Both the position numbers and the translations under genes were made by a program. The notes below the pieces were generated by a model. It had not been told where the DNA came from, searched no databases, and worked only from the letters and a program-made list of their open reading frames with translations. Positions 11,735 to 24,640 of a stretch of 51,903 nucleotides of DNA are shown here, piece by piece; position 1 is the first letter of the stretch, and every line of letters starts with the position of its first letter. Source of the stretch: Xylographa opegraphella (taxonomy: Eukaryota); assembly GCA_022813865.1 (NCBI GenBank), contig JALDZX010000091.1, forward strand, positions 1-51,903. Reading direction: 5' to 3'.

Positions 11735-14370
11735 TCACCGCTTTTGAACTTTTTGCAGCCGGTTTCTCTGTGGCTTCTGATTCGAATCTGTACTATCACT
11801 GGTCCCTGGTCGACCTGTCGGCACGTAGGTATTTGGCGGACCGTCAATCAAAGGAATTTGTGGTGCTTGCCGTTCGCCGAGCTCGATACCGGGCTCTTCA
11901 CGCGTTGGAACTCTGGTCATGGGCATCCTAGTCAGAGGACTGCTTGCTAGTCTGGTTGGCGCTGAGAATGGGTACTGATTCTCAAAGTATGTGGCTTCAG
12001 GTTCCGTAACGATGGTTGTTGTTGACAAAGCACTTGCTACTATGGGTCGGTGATCTGTGTGGCGGTCGCTAGCGCCTGTAAACTTGTGTTTAATAGTAGG
12101 ACCTGCGTCAGTCGGTGGCACGGTGTCCGCCCAGTCGGATTTTGTGTCAATCTTATCGTCAAGCTCATAAACTCTCCCACGATTGTTTTCCGTCCTGGAG
12201 ACACCACGTGCCTCACGTTGTGCTTGTTGCGCGACAACATATTTCCTCCTGTCTTCATCATTCATAATGCTTTCTACGGTGCGAGGCATGTAAATCGGTA
12301 TAGCTACGGAGCCAATGCTGGTCAGTGAATCGAAAGAGCTGCGAGGATGAAGTGGTACATGCGGAACGTCCGGGTTCCGGGGTAGCATATTTGGCAGCGT
12401 GAGTCCAGAATCGTTGTTCTGGACGTACCATCCGCCCGGAAGTCTTTCAGCTGGCGCAAAGCGGCCTTCTAGATGGCCAAGTGGTTGCAAGGGGACAGCT
12501 CCCATTTCCTTTTCCGGATGTCGAGCCTCAATTGCAGATTTGAAAGTTTCCGGCACGACATTAAGATCATCTCCGGTTGCTTCTGCGTGCTCAATCGCCT
12601 GTTGCGGGCTTGTATGAACGTCCGCTGCTCCTGCATCTGCTCGCGGACCCCCCCAGGTACGTTGTCCTGCAGTGAATATACCATAGACCATGTAAACCCA
12701 GTTGAAGAAAGGATTTATGATAAACATAATAGGGTATAACCAGAGCTTGTAACGCCCGAGCTTCGCACCAAAATATAGCATGAGGAGCCAGTTAAGGCCA
12801 AGGGAGACGGCAATAAATCCGACCGGAAGATTACTGATCTTGTTTTCTGTGGTGATGATTGACAACACCATGATAAAGAACAGCAAAGACGTGGTACGAA
12901 TAGTGTTCTGCATGAATCGCACGATGCAAAGAAGAGGATATCTTGCCCACAGCCGGACATCAGTCAACATACATACTTCGTTTGTGATAAAGCCCAGGAA
13001 CCATCGCCGGCGTTGCTTCAAAAGACTCTTGTATGTCTGAACAGCCTCTGTCTTACAGAACGCACCTGTACACATCTGTATTTGATACCTCTTTTTCGCC
13101 CCAATCATAAAGAGATGGGTAAGCCATCGATCCTCACCAAGATGGCATTTTCCATAATCGAAAAGGTCATCGCACTGTTCTGCCTTGTCGGCGAAATAGT
13201 ATTTTGCCATCTTTCTGAAAGCCGAGAAGCGCAGCATCGTAAGAGCGCCTGGTAGGCAAGTCACAGACCCACAACCGGACTCAACTGTCCGCTCGAAAAG
13301 CTGGCCATGAATATATTCCATGTCCTGGAGGATTGTTATTAAAGAATTTTTCTCCGTGGTCGATGTGATAACGCCAGTCATTGCGAGCATGTCATGACTT
13401 GAGCCAGGCTTCAGTTCCATTTCGTACATGAAGTTCTGTATGCAGACCGTATCCAATATGCAGTCAGAATCAATAAACAGAATGAAAAGGTTATCATTTC
13501 GCTTCAGGTAATCAGTGTAAATCTTGTCGATGAGTCTGAATGTCGACTTCTGACATTTTCTCTTGCCTCCGTGGGGAAATCTTGAAACTGTGATTCTAGC
13601 CTCACGATATGTCACGTCTATGCTCTTTGGATAGCGCTCCAACGTCAACGGAACACCCAGGTTCTCGATGGTCCGAAGGTATAGCTCATTCTCTTCATCG
13701 CCATCAAAGGACAGAAAGACATGAAGACATGACGGCGGGTAGTCGCAGTCTACGACCGAATCAATCGCTGTGAGTAAGACATCAGGCTCTTCTCTGTATA
13801 CCGGCATGACGATCACGGTCTTGGGAGCTGATGTCTCATCCAGCAGCACCTTGATTCTTTTGGTACGCCCAATATTGTTTGTCACCAGTTGGTACACGCA
13901 GAACAACCAGGGAATTGTCAGTAGTCCAGCAAAGGACCAGAAAGCAAACCACTGAAGGAACGATACCAGGAATGTAGGGAAATATTGGGTGACCTGCGCC
14001 GGTAGTGGAAGGGTTACGATCATTATAGGCAAGAATATAGCTCTAAATACTTGGCATTAGCACCGTATCAAATTTGACAAGGGGCAGATGCACCTCAAGG
14101 CTGTGAACATTATCATGACAATGACAGTAAGAAGACGAATAGTCCAGTGTTCAGCTTTCTGAAAGGCCTTGATCAAGCAGTACAAGAATGCTGCAAGCCA
14201 CAGAAACCATTCCAAGAATGCAGCTAACATCACAGTTCCCATTATCGCGACATAAACGATCTTTTAATCCTATAGTCAGCGCATGCGCGCCACAATCCGA
14301 GTGTGAAGCTTACGTCGGCAGTGGGCCATGGTGCGGTAATAGATGCTACACCATCACCAGCATTGCTCAT
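11735..14370 (-). CDS. chsD: Chitin synthase (GT2), ChsD type (class VI/VII depending on nomenclature)
   Basis: Exons 14370-14314, 14260-14094 and 14042-11735. Catalytic motifs FIDSD, TCLPG, LGEDRWLT and QRRRW. Short hydrophobic N-terminus (GTVMLAAFLEWFLWLAAFLYCL) with no myosin or cytochrome-b5 domain, as in the ChsD class. Confidence 0.9.
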
Positions 14371-16355
14371 TGTGTGTTTTTAGTAGTGACTGTGGTTTGA
14401 TAAACGAAGGCAAATTGTTGGAGGAAGCTGTCCTGTCCTGTAGAAGAACGCTGAGATGATAGATGATATTTTCGCTAAGAGGCTGCCATGGATTGAAGTG
14501 GTAAGGTCGGCGGTTAGAGATTCTCGAGGAAGAAAGAAGACTTGAGGTTGCTGTGAGAACGGTATCAGCACATGCTCGGAATGTTTGATACAACGAGGTT
14601 CCTGGCTACAACCTTCCCGGCTTGGGATACCTCAGTCCTACCTGTCACGACGAGGTTTTGCGGTCGAGGTTTTAGAGGGCACACGGCACGAGCTGGTTTG
14701 TTTAGTCAGAAGCGTCGACTTACAGAAAGCCGAGACCTCTCATAATATTGAATGCCTCGTGCCTGCACTTCTGCAAATAGTTCAGTGGTAAGACCAACCT
14801 ACTGTCTTCACCTTCCGGCTGGGGAAGTCACGACGGTGTCGAATAATAGTAACAGCCGTAAATGAATGCAAGGACGGCAGACGGAGAAAGGTTCCAGACC
14901 TTTTAGTCACAAGAAAGAATGGAAGTGTAGAATTTCAATCACTTTTCTTGTTATCAAAAAAGTTGTCTAATGTATGACAAGAAAAAGTGAACAAGCGCAC
15001 AGAGGCGGATGAATGCGCAGATGCAAGGTACGTCAACGTGCAGGCCGCTACTGTGGCTTTCCTTCACCAGGGGAGTGATCACGATCAGGGCTGTAGTTCC
15101 CTACGACCAGTCGAAGCAAGACCTGGGAAGGAGAATCAAATGTGGGGGAGTAGCGAAGCACAAGTCACTGGCGGATGCCGAGCTTGGGGGTGTGAATGTG
15201 AAATCCTCAGGCTCGCTTTCTTGGTCCTAACACCCGCGCCGTCTATTCACGGTCGTGAAGCGCGGCGTCGTCAAATCTTGTGGACACTGGAACAATGTAG
15301 CACGCGGTCTTCGCTTTAGGATAATAAGCCGTGCATGGGAACGTGGCAGAACATGGATAGATAGAAATGCTTCGATGACATCCAAGGGGGGAGGTTCCGA
15401 TCTTGACAGACCAAGGTCGGAAGTCGACAGCTGATGCCATCTGCCGTGTTTGAATGTGAGTACGACCTCGCGACGTCTGCAGTGGAGGCAGCAATCTTCG
15501 GGACCGCAAGCAGCTGGAGGAACCCCTTGGATGCCGGTCCTAGGAAAGCAGCGGCTTTGAAGTTGCTGCACTTTCGAGAGAGAACTGAATAACGTTCAAT
15601 CATGAATCCATTCTCCATGGTTGAGATCAAGTGGCGTACAACGAAAAGGACTTTCTCAATTGCTGAAGGTGAAGGATGGGTGTTCTTTCATAGTCGTCGT
15701 TCTTGCTCACGTAATGACGCATTTCATAGTTCAGTATCCTCTGGTTATCAATCATACAAGGTTGTTACTCGTTGTATGATTATAGACTTCATTCTTTATT
15801 GTTTGTATCCATATCAAATAACTATTCTGTCTAAGTAGGTATCTCTCCAACTCTAGTAACGCTACAGCATTCTTCGTCTGCGATGTCGGATCCGTGGATA
15901 TCTTGAACAGTCGCCAGCAGCTGTGTACCTTGCCCAAAAATCAGAACTCAAATGGCAATATTGAAGCCACTAGTGAAGATGACTGAGTCTTTTCTGTGCC
16001 CTGACTTTTGTTTTGCAGCTGGGAAGTCGACTGTGCCTTTACAATCTCGCTCATCGAACGAGGAACATCAATCAAGCACACCTTCTACTTCGGCTAAGTA
16101 CGACTATATCTTCACGGTCAAGCTATATAGAAGGAACAACACAAAAGACAGGCGTTCCTTCCATTTATACTGGATTGGTACATAATTATGGCGATATCTG
16201 CCTCGTTAATTGATGGCCTCTTTTAATACTTCTGATTTGCCTTGACGAGACTAAACTATCTTACATTCAAGATACGATTAAAACTTCGTAAATATCTAGG
16301 TGGGTAAGCTGTGGATGTCTCGAGGCTATTGTGCTGATCATAATTAGATATATTA

Positions 16356-17981
16356 ATGAGCTTCTGTGTGAAAAAGCGGCGATATTCGCAGACGCTAGAT
16401 AAATCGAGAACTTCCAATGCGGCCATGAGTCCAGTATTTCCACCGGAGTTATTCTTTAGCATTGTGGCACAAATTGGCGACTTGGAATCATCCGGGACAC
16501 CATCGCTGTCGGACATCTCCAGACTGGCATTAAGCAACCTGCGCATGGTGAACAAAGCAGTGAACGACTTTGCTACTCCTTACCTCTTCCATACCATAAC
16601 CACATGGCTCATCCAGGACCAATTCGAAAGACTTCAACTCATATCAAGTAAGGAGTATCTCAGGCATCACGTTTACAAAATTGTGTTCCGTCCATGGGAG
16701 ATTAGGACTATTGCCACAGGAACTTATCTCAATGAGATATGGTGCTGCGACGTACGAACTCGTAACCGACTGATGCCTGCGGATTTGACGTTCGCAAACT
16801 TTGACAAATATGTCCAGAACTTCTCGATACTTCCGCTTACCTGTCAAATTCGCCTTGGGCATGGAGTCAATGGCACTGTTAGTCCACTACTTCAAATGTG
16901 GAGTCCGCCGACGTACACAGAGAATTTCTTGCGTCAGGGTGAACAGGAGTATCTGAGGGCCCACCATATTCAGTCTCACCGAAGAATGAGTGGTATTGAT
17001 ATGGCGCAACTGAAAGACGTTTTCGTGAAATTCGACGACTTGTCGCATATCACAATCGCGCCCGGAGAGGCATATCCTGAGAATAACAGTTTCTTGGAAT
17101 TGACTGGCATCGCTCCACATCCTTATTGGTTTCGTAACGGAACATATCTGATTCGACTTGTGATTGCGTCATTGAAGAACGCAAAGATCAAGATCCGCCA
17201 CCTGGAAATTGATACTGGGAGAAACCAGGATCATTCTTGGGACGAGACAGCTTTCGATATATTTCTACACGGTCCCAATCATGACTATCTATATCCTTTC
17301 ACCGGTCTCGAAAAGCTTTGCATCACTGATTTGGGAAGATACGTTACAAACCCAGCAGTACATGCTAGTCGGTTTTCAGCCTATCGACCCATCACTAAAT
17401 TACTGGAAGCCTCCCCATTATTGAACGAACTTACTCTCGGTCTGCACAGAAATTGGAAAAACCTCTACGACATCAATTTCATGATACTCTCAACATTGAA
17501 GTTTGTTTATTTACGCCAGCTCACATTGCATGGGTTCTTAGCCAATGAACAAGTTCTTGCCGACATCCTGAAGGCTCATAAATTGAGTTTGCGGACCCTC
17601 AATCTACATAATATGACTATGAGCGTAGGAACGTGGGCCTCATTAGCAGACACCATACGTTGCACACTCAAGCTTACGGATGCTAACCTTGCGGTCCTTT
17701 CGATTCAACGCCAAATACTGGGGGCGAACAATACCGTCGTCGCGAGTACGCCCTTACAACGGACATGCTTTGCCTTTCATCGTGATCGAACTTTGGCCGG
17801 AAGTTTAGACGATTACATCGCACGCAAAATAGACCACAATCCGATGACAAAGGCGATAGATACGGGTTACATATTTGAGCAGGATGACTGGCCGGCGGGA
17901 ACGCCGGCGAGTGAAGGATGGAAGCCGGGAGTTCATTTCCTATGTGGCTGCAACAGGCATAGGGGAATACCAGACTTTTGA
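16356..17981 (+). CDS. F-box-like protein with degenerate leucine-rich C-terminal region
   Basis: Intronless 541-aa ORF; the start may instead be ATG 16425. FPPELFFSIVAQI...LSNLRMVNK....FATPYLF is F-box-like; later LxxLxL segments (LRQLTLHG, LRTLNLHN). Confidence 0.65.
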   Translation: MSFCVKKRRYSQTLDKSRTSNAAMSPVFPPELFFSIVAQIGDLESSGTPSLSDISRLALSNLRMVNKAVNDFATPYLFHTITTWLIQDQFERLQLISSKEYLRHHVYKIVFRPWEIRTIATGTYLNEIWCCDVRTRNRLMPADLTFANFDKYVQNFSILPLTCQIRLGHGVNGTVSPLLQMWSPPTYTENFLRQGEQEYLRAHHIQSHRRMSGIDMAQLKDVFVKFDDLSHITIAPGEAYPENNSFLELTGIAPHPYWFRNGTYLIRLVIASLKNAKIKIRHLEIDTGRNQDHSWDETAFDIFLHGPNHDYLYPFTGLEKLCITDLGRYVTNPAVHASRFSAYRPITKLLEASPLLNELTLGLHRNWKNLYDINFMILSTLKFVYLRQLTLHGFLANEQVLADILKAHKLSLRTLNLHNMTMSVGTWASLADTIRCTLKLTDANLAVLSIQRQILGANNTVVASTPLQRTCFAFHRDRTLAGSLDDYIARKIDHNPMTKAIDTGYIFEQDDWPAGTPASEGWKPGVHFLCGCNRHRGIPDF

Positions 17982-18303
17982 TGTCTGGACGTGAGTTTGA
18001 GTTTTGAGGTTATGGTTCCCAAGACCATCGCTCTCACGGACTTATGATCACTTCGCCGATAACCATCTAGTTTCGACCCATCGAAGTGGTAACCTCGCTT
18101 GATGTAACAAATCATGAAAATCGCAAGAACGTCTAGGTGTATTTACAGCACATCTTCGTCTCCCTACAAATTGCTACCTCACAACCATAACCACATTCGT
18201 CTCCCAGTATTGCCCATCCATCCAGATCACCCTGTCGTCCCCAATCCCCTCCTCATTATACCATCTCTCATCCCGCCTCCCCTCACCACCGCTATCCCTC
18301 CCA

Positions 18304-18977
18304 TCACTCCCTCTCCACCCCACCCCCCCTCCGCACCCACTCGTCCCAACTCCCCTCAAACTCCCCCGCCCTCCAGCCCGCCATCCGCGCCATCCGCGCC
18401 GCCACCCTACTCCTGACCCCAGCCTTACAATAAAACACCAACTCCACCCCCAGATCAGGTTTCGCCCAGCCGAAGCGTTCCTCGAACTCCTCCTCGCTGA
18501 GGAACAGCCCGTCCGGGTGCGCGGTGATGTCCAGCCGCTGCGCGGTGGGGATGCGGCCCCGCGCCGTCTCGGCCGGCGTGCGGACGTCGACGAGCAGCGT
18601 CTGCGGGGTGGGGGACTGCGTTAGGGAGAGGACCTGTGAGGGGTAGAGAGGGGAGGTGGTGTCAGTGTGTCTTTGATATGAGTTGGGAGGGGAACTGGGA
18701 GGGGGCGGCGACGTACGTCATTGTAGTTGTAGGGCTTTATGGGTGGTGGAGATGGGGGTGTGGGGGTCTTGGCTGTGTTTGGGGACGTGGGAATGGCGGG
18801 TTGCGGTGAGGAGGTGGGGTCGGTGGATTTCCATCTGTGGTGGAGCGGGATTGTGGTCGGCAGGTGGGAGAGCGTGCGTGGGGTCCATTGGGTGGGATGC
18901 GGGACCTGGAAGCTGGGGTGGGGTGAGGGACTGGGTCTGCGCAAGCGCAACGAGAGGAGAGCGCGCCTCGAGGCCAT
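18304..18977 (-). CDS. Single-domain rhodanese / thiosulfate sulfurtransferase (Rdl2-like), probably mitochondrial
   Basis: Exons 18977-18717 and 18633-18304 (intron GTACGT...CAG), 196 aa. Arg-rich presequence MASRRALLSLRLRR; LVDVRTPAE, GRIPTA, EEFEERFG, active-site loop FYCKAGVRS and FEGSWDEW. Not assembled in the ORF track. Confidence 0.88.
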
Positions 18978-19215
18978 TGTTGGAGGTCGGGGGTGGAGCG
19001 AAGGTTTCTGAGGTGATTGAAGAGCGAAGGGTAGCTGTTCTCGCTTAGCAAGACCTAGGGTACCTCGGTACCACGCTAGGATACTGGTAACTAAAAGATG
19101 TTTCGCAGGCAAAAGTACTTAACAGCCGAAGCTGGTAAATACACAGCATGATGACTACAAGGCATTCGAAAATTTTTTGTTCACATATTGTATTTCATTC
19201 AGAATTGTCGTATAT

Positions 19216-22155
19216 TCATGAGTAATTACGACCTCTGAGGGTATCCTTGAGGTGCAGGAAAGGGAAACGGCAAGCAACCACCAAATCGGTGTCGGTTATA
19301 GAGTTAATTGGCCGAGAATAGTAATCATTCATTCCCAACCTCAGCAAGAGCCGATCTATATTGCTGGCTCCCCTCTGGACTGCACTTTGGCGAGCAGTAG
19401 ACCTGGCTTGCTTGTCGCTCAAGCCTTTGCAGACCTCAATGAAGATTCGAACGTTGTTCCTGAACTGGTGGTACATGTCTTGCTTGGAATTCGTCGATGG
19501 CAGCCCACGCAATTGATCCGCATCCGTCTCAGGCTTCGTCTTGACGAATCGCAAGATCGTGCGGAAAATTTCTTCCAGCACCATCATTGCGTGTGCTTGC
19601 CGCTTTCGCAACAGCAGCCCAAAGAGCATGCAGTTAAGGACCTCCTCGTGGCGGATATGAAGTTTATGAATGCCTTCATGACTGCTGATTAAGTATGCTG
19701 TTTCATCATTGTCCAGCTTTCGTTCAATGTCTGCTATATCACTCTCGAAGCCGCTCCAGTTTGAGCCAATAGCAACGGCAAAAAAGTATTCATTAATTGT
19801 CGTCACAAAATGATGGGCTTCGAAGGAATATTGTTTCGTGAACAGGTTAATGTGGATTTTGCGCCTTGCTCGACTTCTGACATCACTGGCTAATTGACTG
19901 ACAACAAAAAGCATTCGTTTCACTCTAAGTAAGAGCTTGAAGATCGTGTCATACTTTTCCAGCAACGACGTAGTAAGAACAGCGTCCAGCGGAGATGGGG
20001 CCTTGTATTGCAATCTAAGAAAGTCCAGAGCCTCAATGGAGTCAGGATCCATACACCGCTTGATTTCCGCTTCGGAGATGTCGCGTATTGCAAAACTGAG
20101 GCCACCTGGCAAATCACTGCTTCCTTTCTCGTTGGATGCCAGTGCACTAGAATTATAGCACTCAGACAAGATGCCCATAAGCGCGATACGTAGCTCTGAG
20201 CTAGCGGGCGGCCACGAACTTCGTGTACCAAGCTTTAGGCCTATTTTTCCAATCCGTCTATATCCCTTCCGCCTTTCAGCAGATTCAAGCTCAGGATCGA
20301 ATAGCGCCTGAGAGATTCGTGAGGCAAAGACACCATCGCCGAAGAGATGAAAATGCCATTGTAATCGGAGATGATCGAGAAGATTGTGCTCCTTGAGTAG
20401 TAGTCGAAGACAGGCAAGATTGATCATTCGTGCTTGCGCAGATATAATGGGGCTGAATGATATAAGGGGTGTTACGGACAACGGCGGCACAGAAGCACTA
20501 CTGGCCAGATCGCTGAATGTTTTCTCGTTCAAGACGCAGACGAGATAATCCTCGAGAGCGTCAGATTTTACTGCTTGGCGTTGCTTCGACAGTGAAAGTT
20601 CGAAGATATTATCGGAGTCCAAGCGATCAGATCGGAGTAATCCGTCTGGTATCATGAACGGATCAAGTTCTGAGTCGCTTCTTCCCGTGACTGTGTCGTT
20701 GGCAGCGGTAGAAAGGTTTTGTACAGAACGGTTTCCAGTCATTGCTTCCAAAACATTCGCTTCGTAAGCTTTCGCCTTAGCCTCTATTCTTTCAATATCT
20801 GTCCATGTAAAGTGCCACTCTAATCGTGGAGGATCCGAAAAGTGGGACTTGACGGAGCTTGTCAATATGTGGTTCGAGCAGTGTTTCCGCAACAAGTCAA
20901 GGCTGTTATGAGTTTCTAGCAATTTCTCGCCGTCTTCTTTTACGATGAAGTTGGGCATCACTTGCAGCTTAGGAATTTTATGCCGAGATTCTGCCTCTAC
21001 CTCTATGCCTTGCGTATGCAGCAGCAAAGCTGTGTCACAACTTGTGGAGGTGTACTCATTCAATCCCATATAAGAGCTAACGGACCCCAGCCATGGCTTT
21101 GAGACCCGGGACAATACGTGCTCGAAAGTTGCTCGAAGCCATGGTTCAGACTGTTCTAGCTCTTGACAACAGCGGTATACAACAGAAAGAATCTCTGCAT
21201 CCGTTTTAGCCATCGGTAACTCTTTGATCAGTTTCGAAAGATAATGTAATATCTTTCCAACTTTAGCGAACAATGCTTGGAGCTGTAGTACGGACCGCAA
21301 GTCTGTCGAAGCGTCACCCAAGTACCTCAACAGCACGGAAGATAACGAAGAGACAGTTGCTGCAGTTGCAACGAGCGTTGCTGGAGGGCTATTTTGAGCG
21401 TACACCATCTCAACGAAACAAGCCAGCGAAACAAAGCGATTTCCATGTTCGATGAAAACATCTGTTAAACTCTGAAATGACTCTTCGCTGTAGCCTGACA
21501 TACGAAGATGTCCAAAATTGCTCCGGAACGACTGCTTGCCGGCGTCATACGCGAACATTGTCGAAGCCCTGCCCATTCCAAGTTGCACAAGTGCAGCTAG
21601 AAGCGGGTCCGATTGCACAATGCGCGTTTCAAGGGTATCATCTTCTGCACTTCCTGTGTAAATACCAGCGACTAGAGCAGCATCAAAAGCACGCGGACCA
21701 GCTTCGCTTAAATAGGGAGACTTTTCTATGGCATCCCGGTTGTAGAAACGCTCCCATGTCCTCGGCTCCTGAGCGTGGGGTAAAGGATCCACGACCCCAG
21801 AGAATGCCCAGACGTCTTCAGTCACCTCTGGTATCGATCCTTCTAAGTTTTCATCGTTTAACGATATGGATGACGACTCAGAACGGGAGAGATCCTCGAA
21901 GGATCCATATTGAAAATTCTCGAGGTCAGGTAACACAAGCTTGGCCTCGTTGGAGAAGCCAAAACTTGTTTCGTTGCAGCCGAAGATATCTGGGAATGCA
22001 TTAGTATCTCGACTGTAAAGAGTATCAGTACAACACTAACTTTCCACAGAGCTGTTTATGAAATGGTCGGCATTGGCAGCGAACACCGATGGCTTCCAAA
22101 GCTCTGGGACAGCAAAGAAATTCCCTTCCGCCTCGTCTTCAGTGCGCACATACAT
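19216..22155 (-). CDS. gcp6: Gamma-tubulin complex component (Spc97/Spc98 family), GCP6/Alp16-like
   Basis: Exons 22155-22041 and 21989-19216 (intron GTTAGT...TACTAAT...CAG). GRIP-type motifs HLRLQWHFHLFGDGVF, WPPASSELRIAL, LRLQYKAPSPLDAVLT and YDTIFKLLLRVKRM. The family call is secure; the GCP6 paralog call is from recall. Confidence 0.78.
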
Positions 22156-23233
22156 TTCCGAGCATTCTGCTCATGGGAGCGACATATGGCGGTGCTGGGA
22201 ACGCACTGCTGGTAGAGTACTTGGAACTGGAAGACGCGCCGGAACGTTGAAATCGCGTGTCTTTCACGGGCAGCGGCGGGCCGCTTTGTCCAACCCTGGC
22301 TCATGGTTTCACGCTAATTGCTCAGGTATGAATCACAAGCCCTAAAATTTAGCCCTGTCCTCTCACAATTATTTCTCAATTTATTTACGAAGGCTGTCCC
22401 AAGACTGTGCGATGCTTCTCGCAAAATACTGTTGCATCGCGCTTGGTGATCCGTTGTCCACGAATACATCCGCCAATATTACACAAGACAGACGGCAGCC
22501 TGATGTTTCATCATGAGAGACGGAGTGTATTTTGCTTACGATATGCCTAAGCTTTGTATTCTTTACAAATCTGTCCAGTCTGATTTCTTTTCTGTGCCTT
22601 TACATCCTTACGTGACGGGAGCAGGGCTTCTGACGTTTTGTTTCCCGGGCTCCTTATTGGTTTTCGAAACCACAACGCATCCTTTCTCACTCGTACCCTC
22701 AGTTAATATCATTCCTTAGGTCGCTTGTTAAGTAGCATCTTTATCACTGCGGCCCTCGATCGAGACAAGAAAAGCTGTTGGCTTGATCGAGTAGAACAGG
22801 AGCTCCAACGGAGACATTCAGTATACTTGTCGGGGTTGGAGGTATTTTGTTCTATCCGAGGACGTCTATCAAGTACGAGAAGAGATGGGAGAAAGGGCCA
22901 AGGTATATGGGCACGGATCTGATGCATTTTTGGGCCAGGAGTGTAGAAGTAAGGACCGATGGTCCCGTTGGTGGCTTTCGATCTGAAAGGAAAGCACAAC
23001 ACGAGTAGACTTGAGGTTTTGAGCCTTAGAACGAGGTGAGAACTGTTCAATTGAAGGTATATTATGATCAGGAGAACCATGTATGGTTTTTTGAATATTC
23101 ACAGACTATGATGGCAAAGCCTTGGGGTATCAGAATACAATGTCTGTGGAAAACGAGCATCTGTCCCACGACTGTAAATCTGGGCAATAGCAACACTAGC
23201 AAACATTAGGATCTAATAGCCATCCCAAAGGAC

Positions 23234-23297
23234 ATCCCGTACAGCTCTAATCCCGTACAGCTCTAATCCCGTACAGCTCTAATCCCGTACAGCTCTA
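23234..23297. repeat. Perfect 16-bp tandem repeat (ATCCCGTACAGCTCTA)x4 upstream of EAF7
   Basis: Four exact copies read directly. Confidence 0.95.
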
Positions 23298-23545
23298 ACC
23301 CCTCCATCAACGTCGTTTATTGTGAACTCGAAACTTGTACTGGTAGAGCTCTACGAAATCGCGCTAGTGGACTTCCAAGCTTCCCCAGATTCCCAGCCCT
23401 AGGAGATCCGCCTTCCGAAGTTCGTCTCGCGACTCCCGACTCACAACTGGATGAAAGCTGTGTCGCTTGTGAGATTGCAAGACACCGTGCGACTATTGAG
23501 CATTGCATTGGATCCCTTGACAGCCCCAAGTCCTCTGCTTGTAAC

Positions 23546-24640
23546 ATGCCGCCCAGAAAGAAAGCCCGCTTATCATCGCGAGCAGCGTCAACGCTGTCCG
23601 CTGAGACACCTGCTGAGACAATGTCGGCAGCCGATGACAAGGCTACTCCAGCGAAGGAAAACCAGAGCCCGTCGAAAGACCCGAGTCCGACTGAAGATCT
23701 TCTGGCCGACCCATGGACGGATGAGCAAGTGATTTCTCTGTTTAAGGGTATGATCAAATGGAAACCTGTAGGTTCGTTTCCTTTGGTTCATCGACATCAT
23801 ATTATGCCGAGCAAAAAAAAGCCTAGAACGCTTACGTCCACGGCAGGCATGCACAAGCACTTCCGAATGCTTGCGCTCTCACAGCATCTCCGTAGCCACG
23901 GCCACAATCCGAAGCAAGATACACATACGAATATACCTGGGAATATACCTGGGATTTGGAAGAAGTTGGGCTCACTCTACAATCTTAAGATACTTGATGA
24001 AAGAGTGAGCTCGCGAAGGCATCCTCACTTGGTCTCCATTGACACTATCAACCTAGGAAGACTCGTTCGGAGAACTTGTTGCAGAGGACAATGACCCTAG
24101 AAAGGAACTCTTCGTCCCATTCGACTTACCAGGCAGTGAGTTTGAAAACTTGATGTTCGAAAGGAGATTGGCGTCTCCGGGCACTTCATCACCTCCATCC
24201 TTACCGCAGCAGTTATCAGACGAACCTCGGAGTGTAAGGCGCTGGCCCAGTGTGATAGACGATTCTGAAGGCAAGGAAGCTTGAATATTGTCAGAATGCA
24301 AGCGGTAGCTAACTTGTTCGCAGAACCACGTTCCTCGCCAGCTTCGACTCGGGGTATGAAATCGACTCGAGGTCGGCGTGGTAATAGGAGGTCTCTACTT
24401 CAATCTACACCAAGAGGAAGGCGGGCGAGCAAAGCGTCAGCGGGGCCCAGCGTTGAAGCAGAGGAGCAAGAGGAGCAGGAGGAGGATGAGGAAGATGACG
24501 ACGAGGATGAAGACGAGAGTGACGGTGAAGGAACGCCGAGGTCCTCCGCGAGAGGCGGAAGAGGGGCAACTCGGCCAGGACGCGGAGGAAGATGGGGTAG
24601 AGGGCGGGGACGTGGAAGAAGAGGAGGACGCAAGAAATAA
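23546..24640 (+). CDS. EAF7: NuA4 histone acetyltransferase subunit Eaf7 (CT20/MRGBP family)
   Basis: Exons 23546-23771, 23847-24004, 24057-24270 and 24324-24640; the third intron is GC-AG. Motifs [43 protein letters not shown] and PFDLP...F..LMFERR, with an acidic and RG-rich tail. Confidence 0.92.

Noticed and set aside
22700..23210. Protein-like fragments between GCP6 and EAF7
   Set aside because: Multiple stops, no consistent splice model and no recognisable motif.
23234..23297. CRISPR-like array
   Set aside because: Units are directly adjacent with no spacers, the genome is eukaryotic and there are no cas genes.
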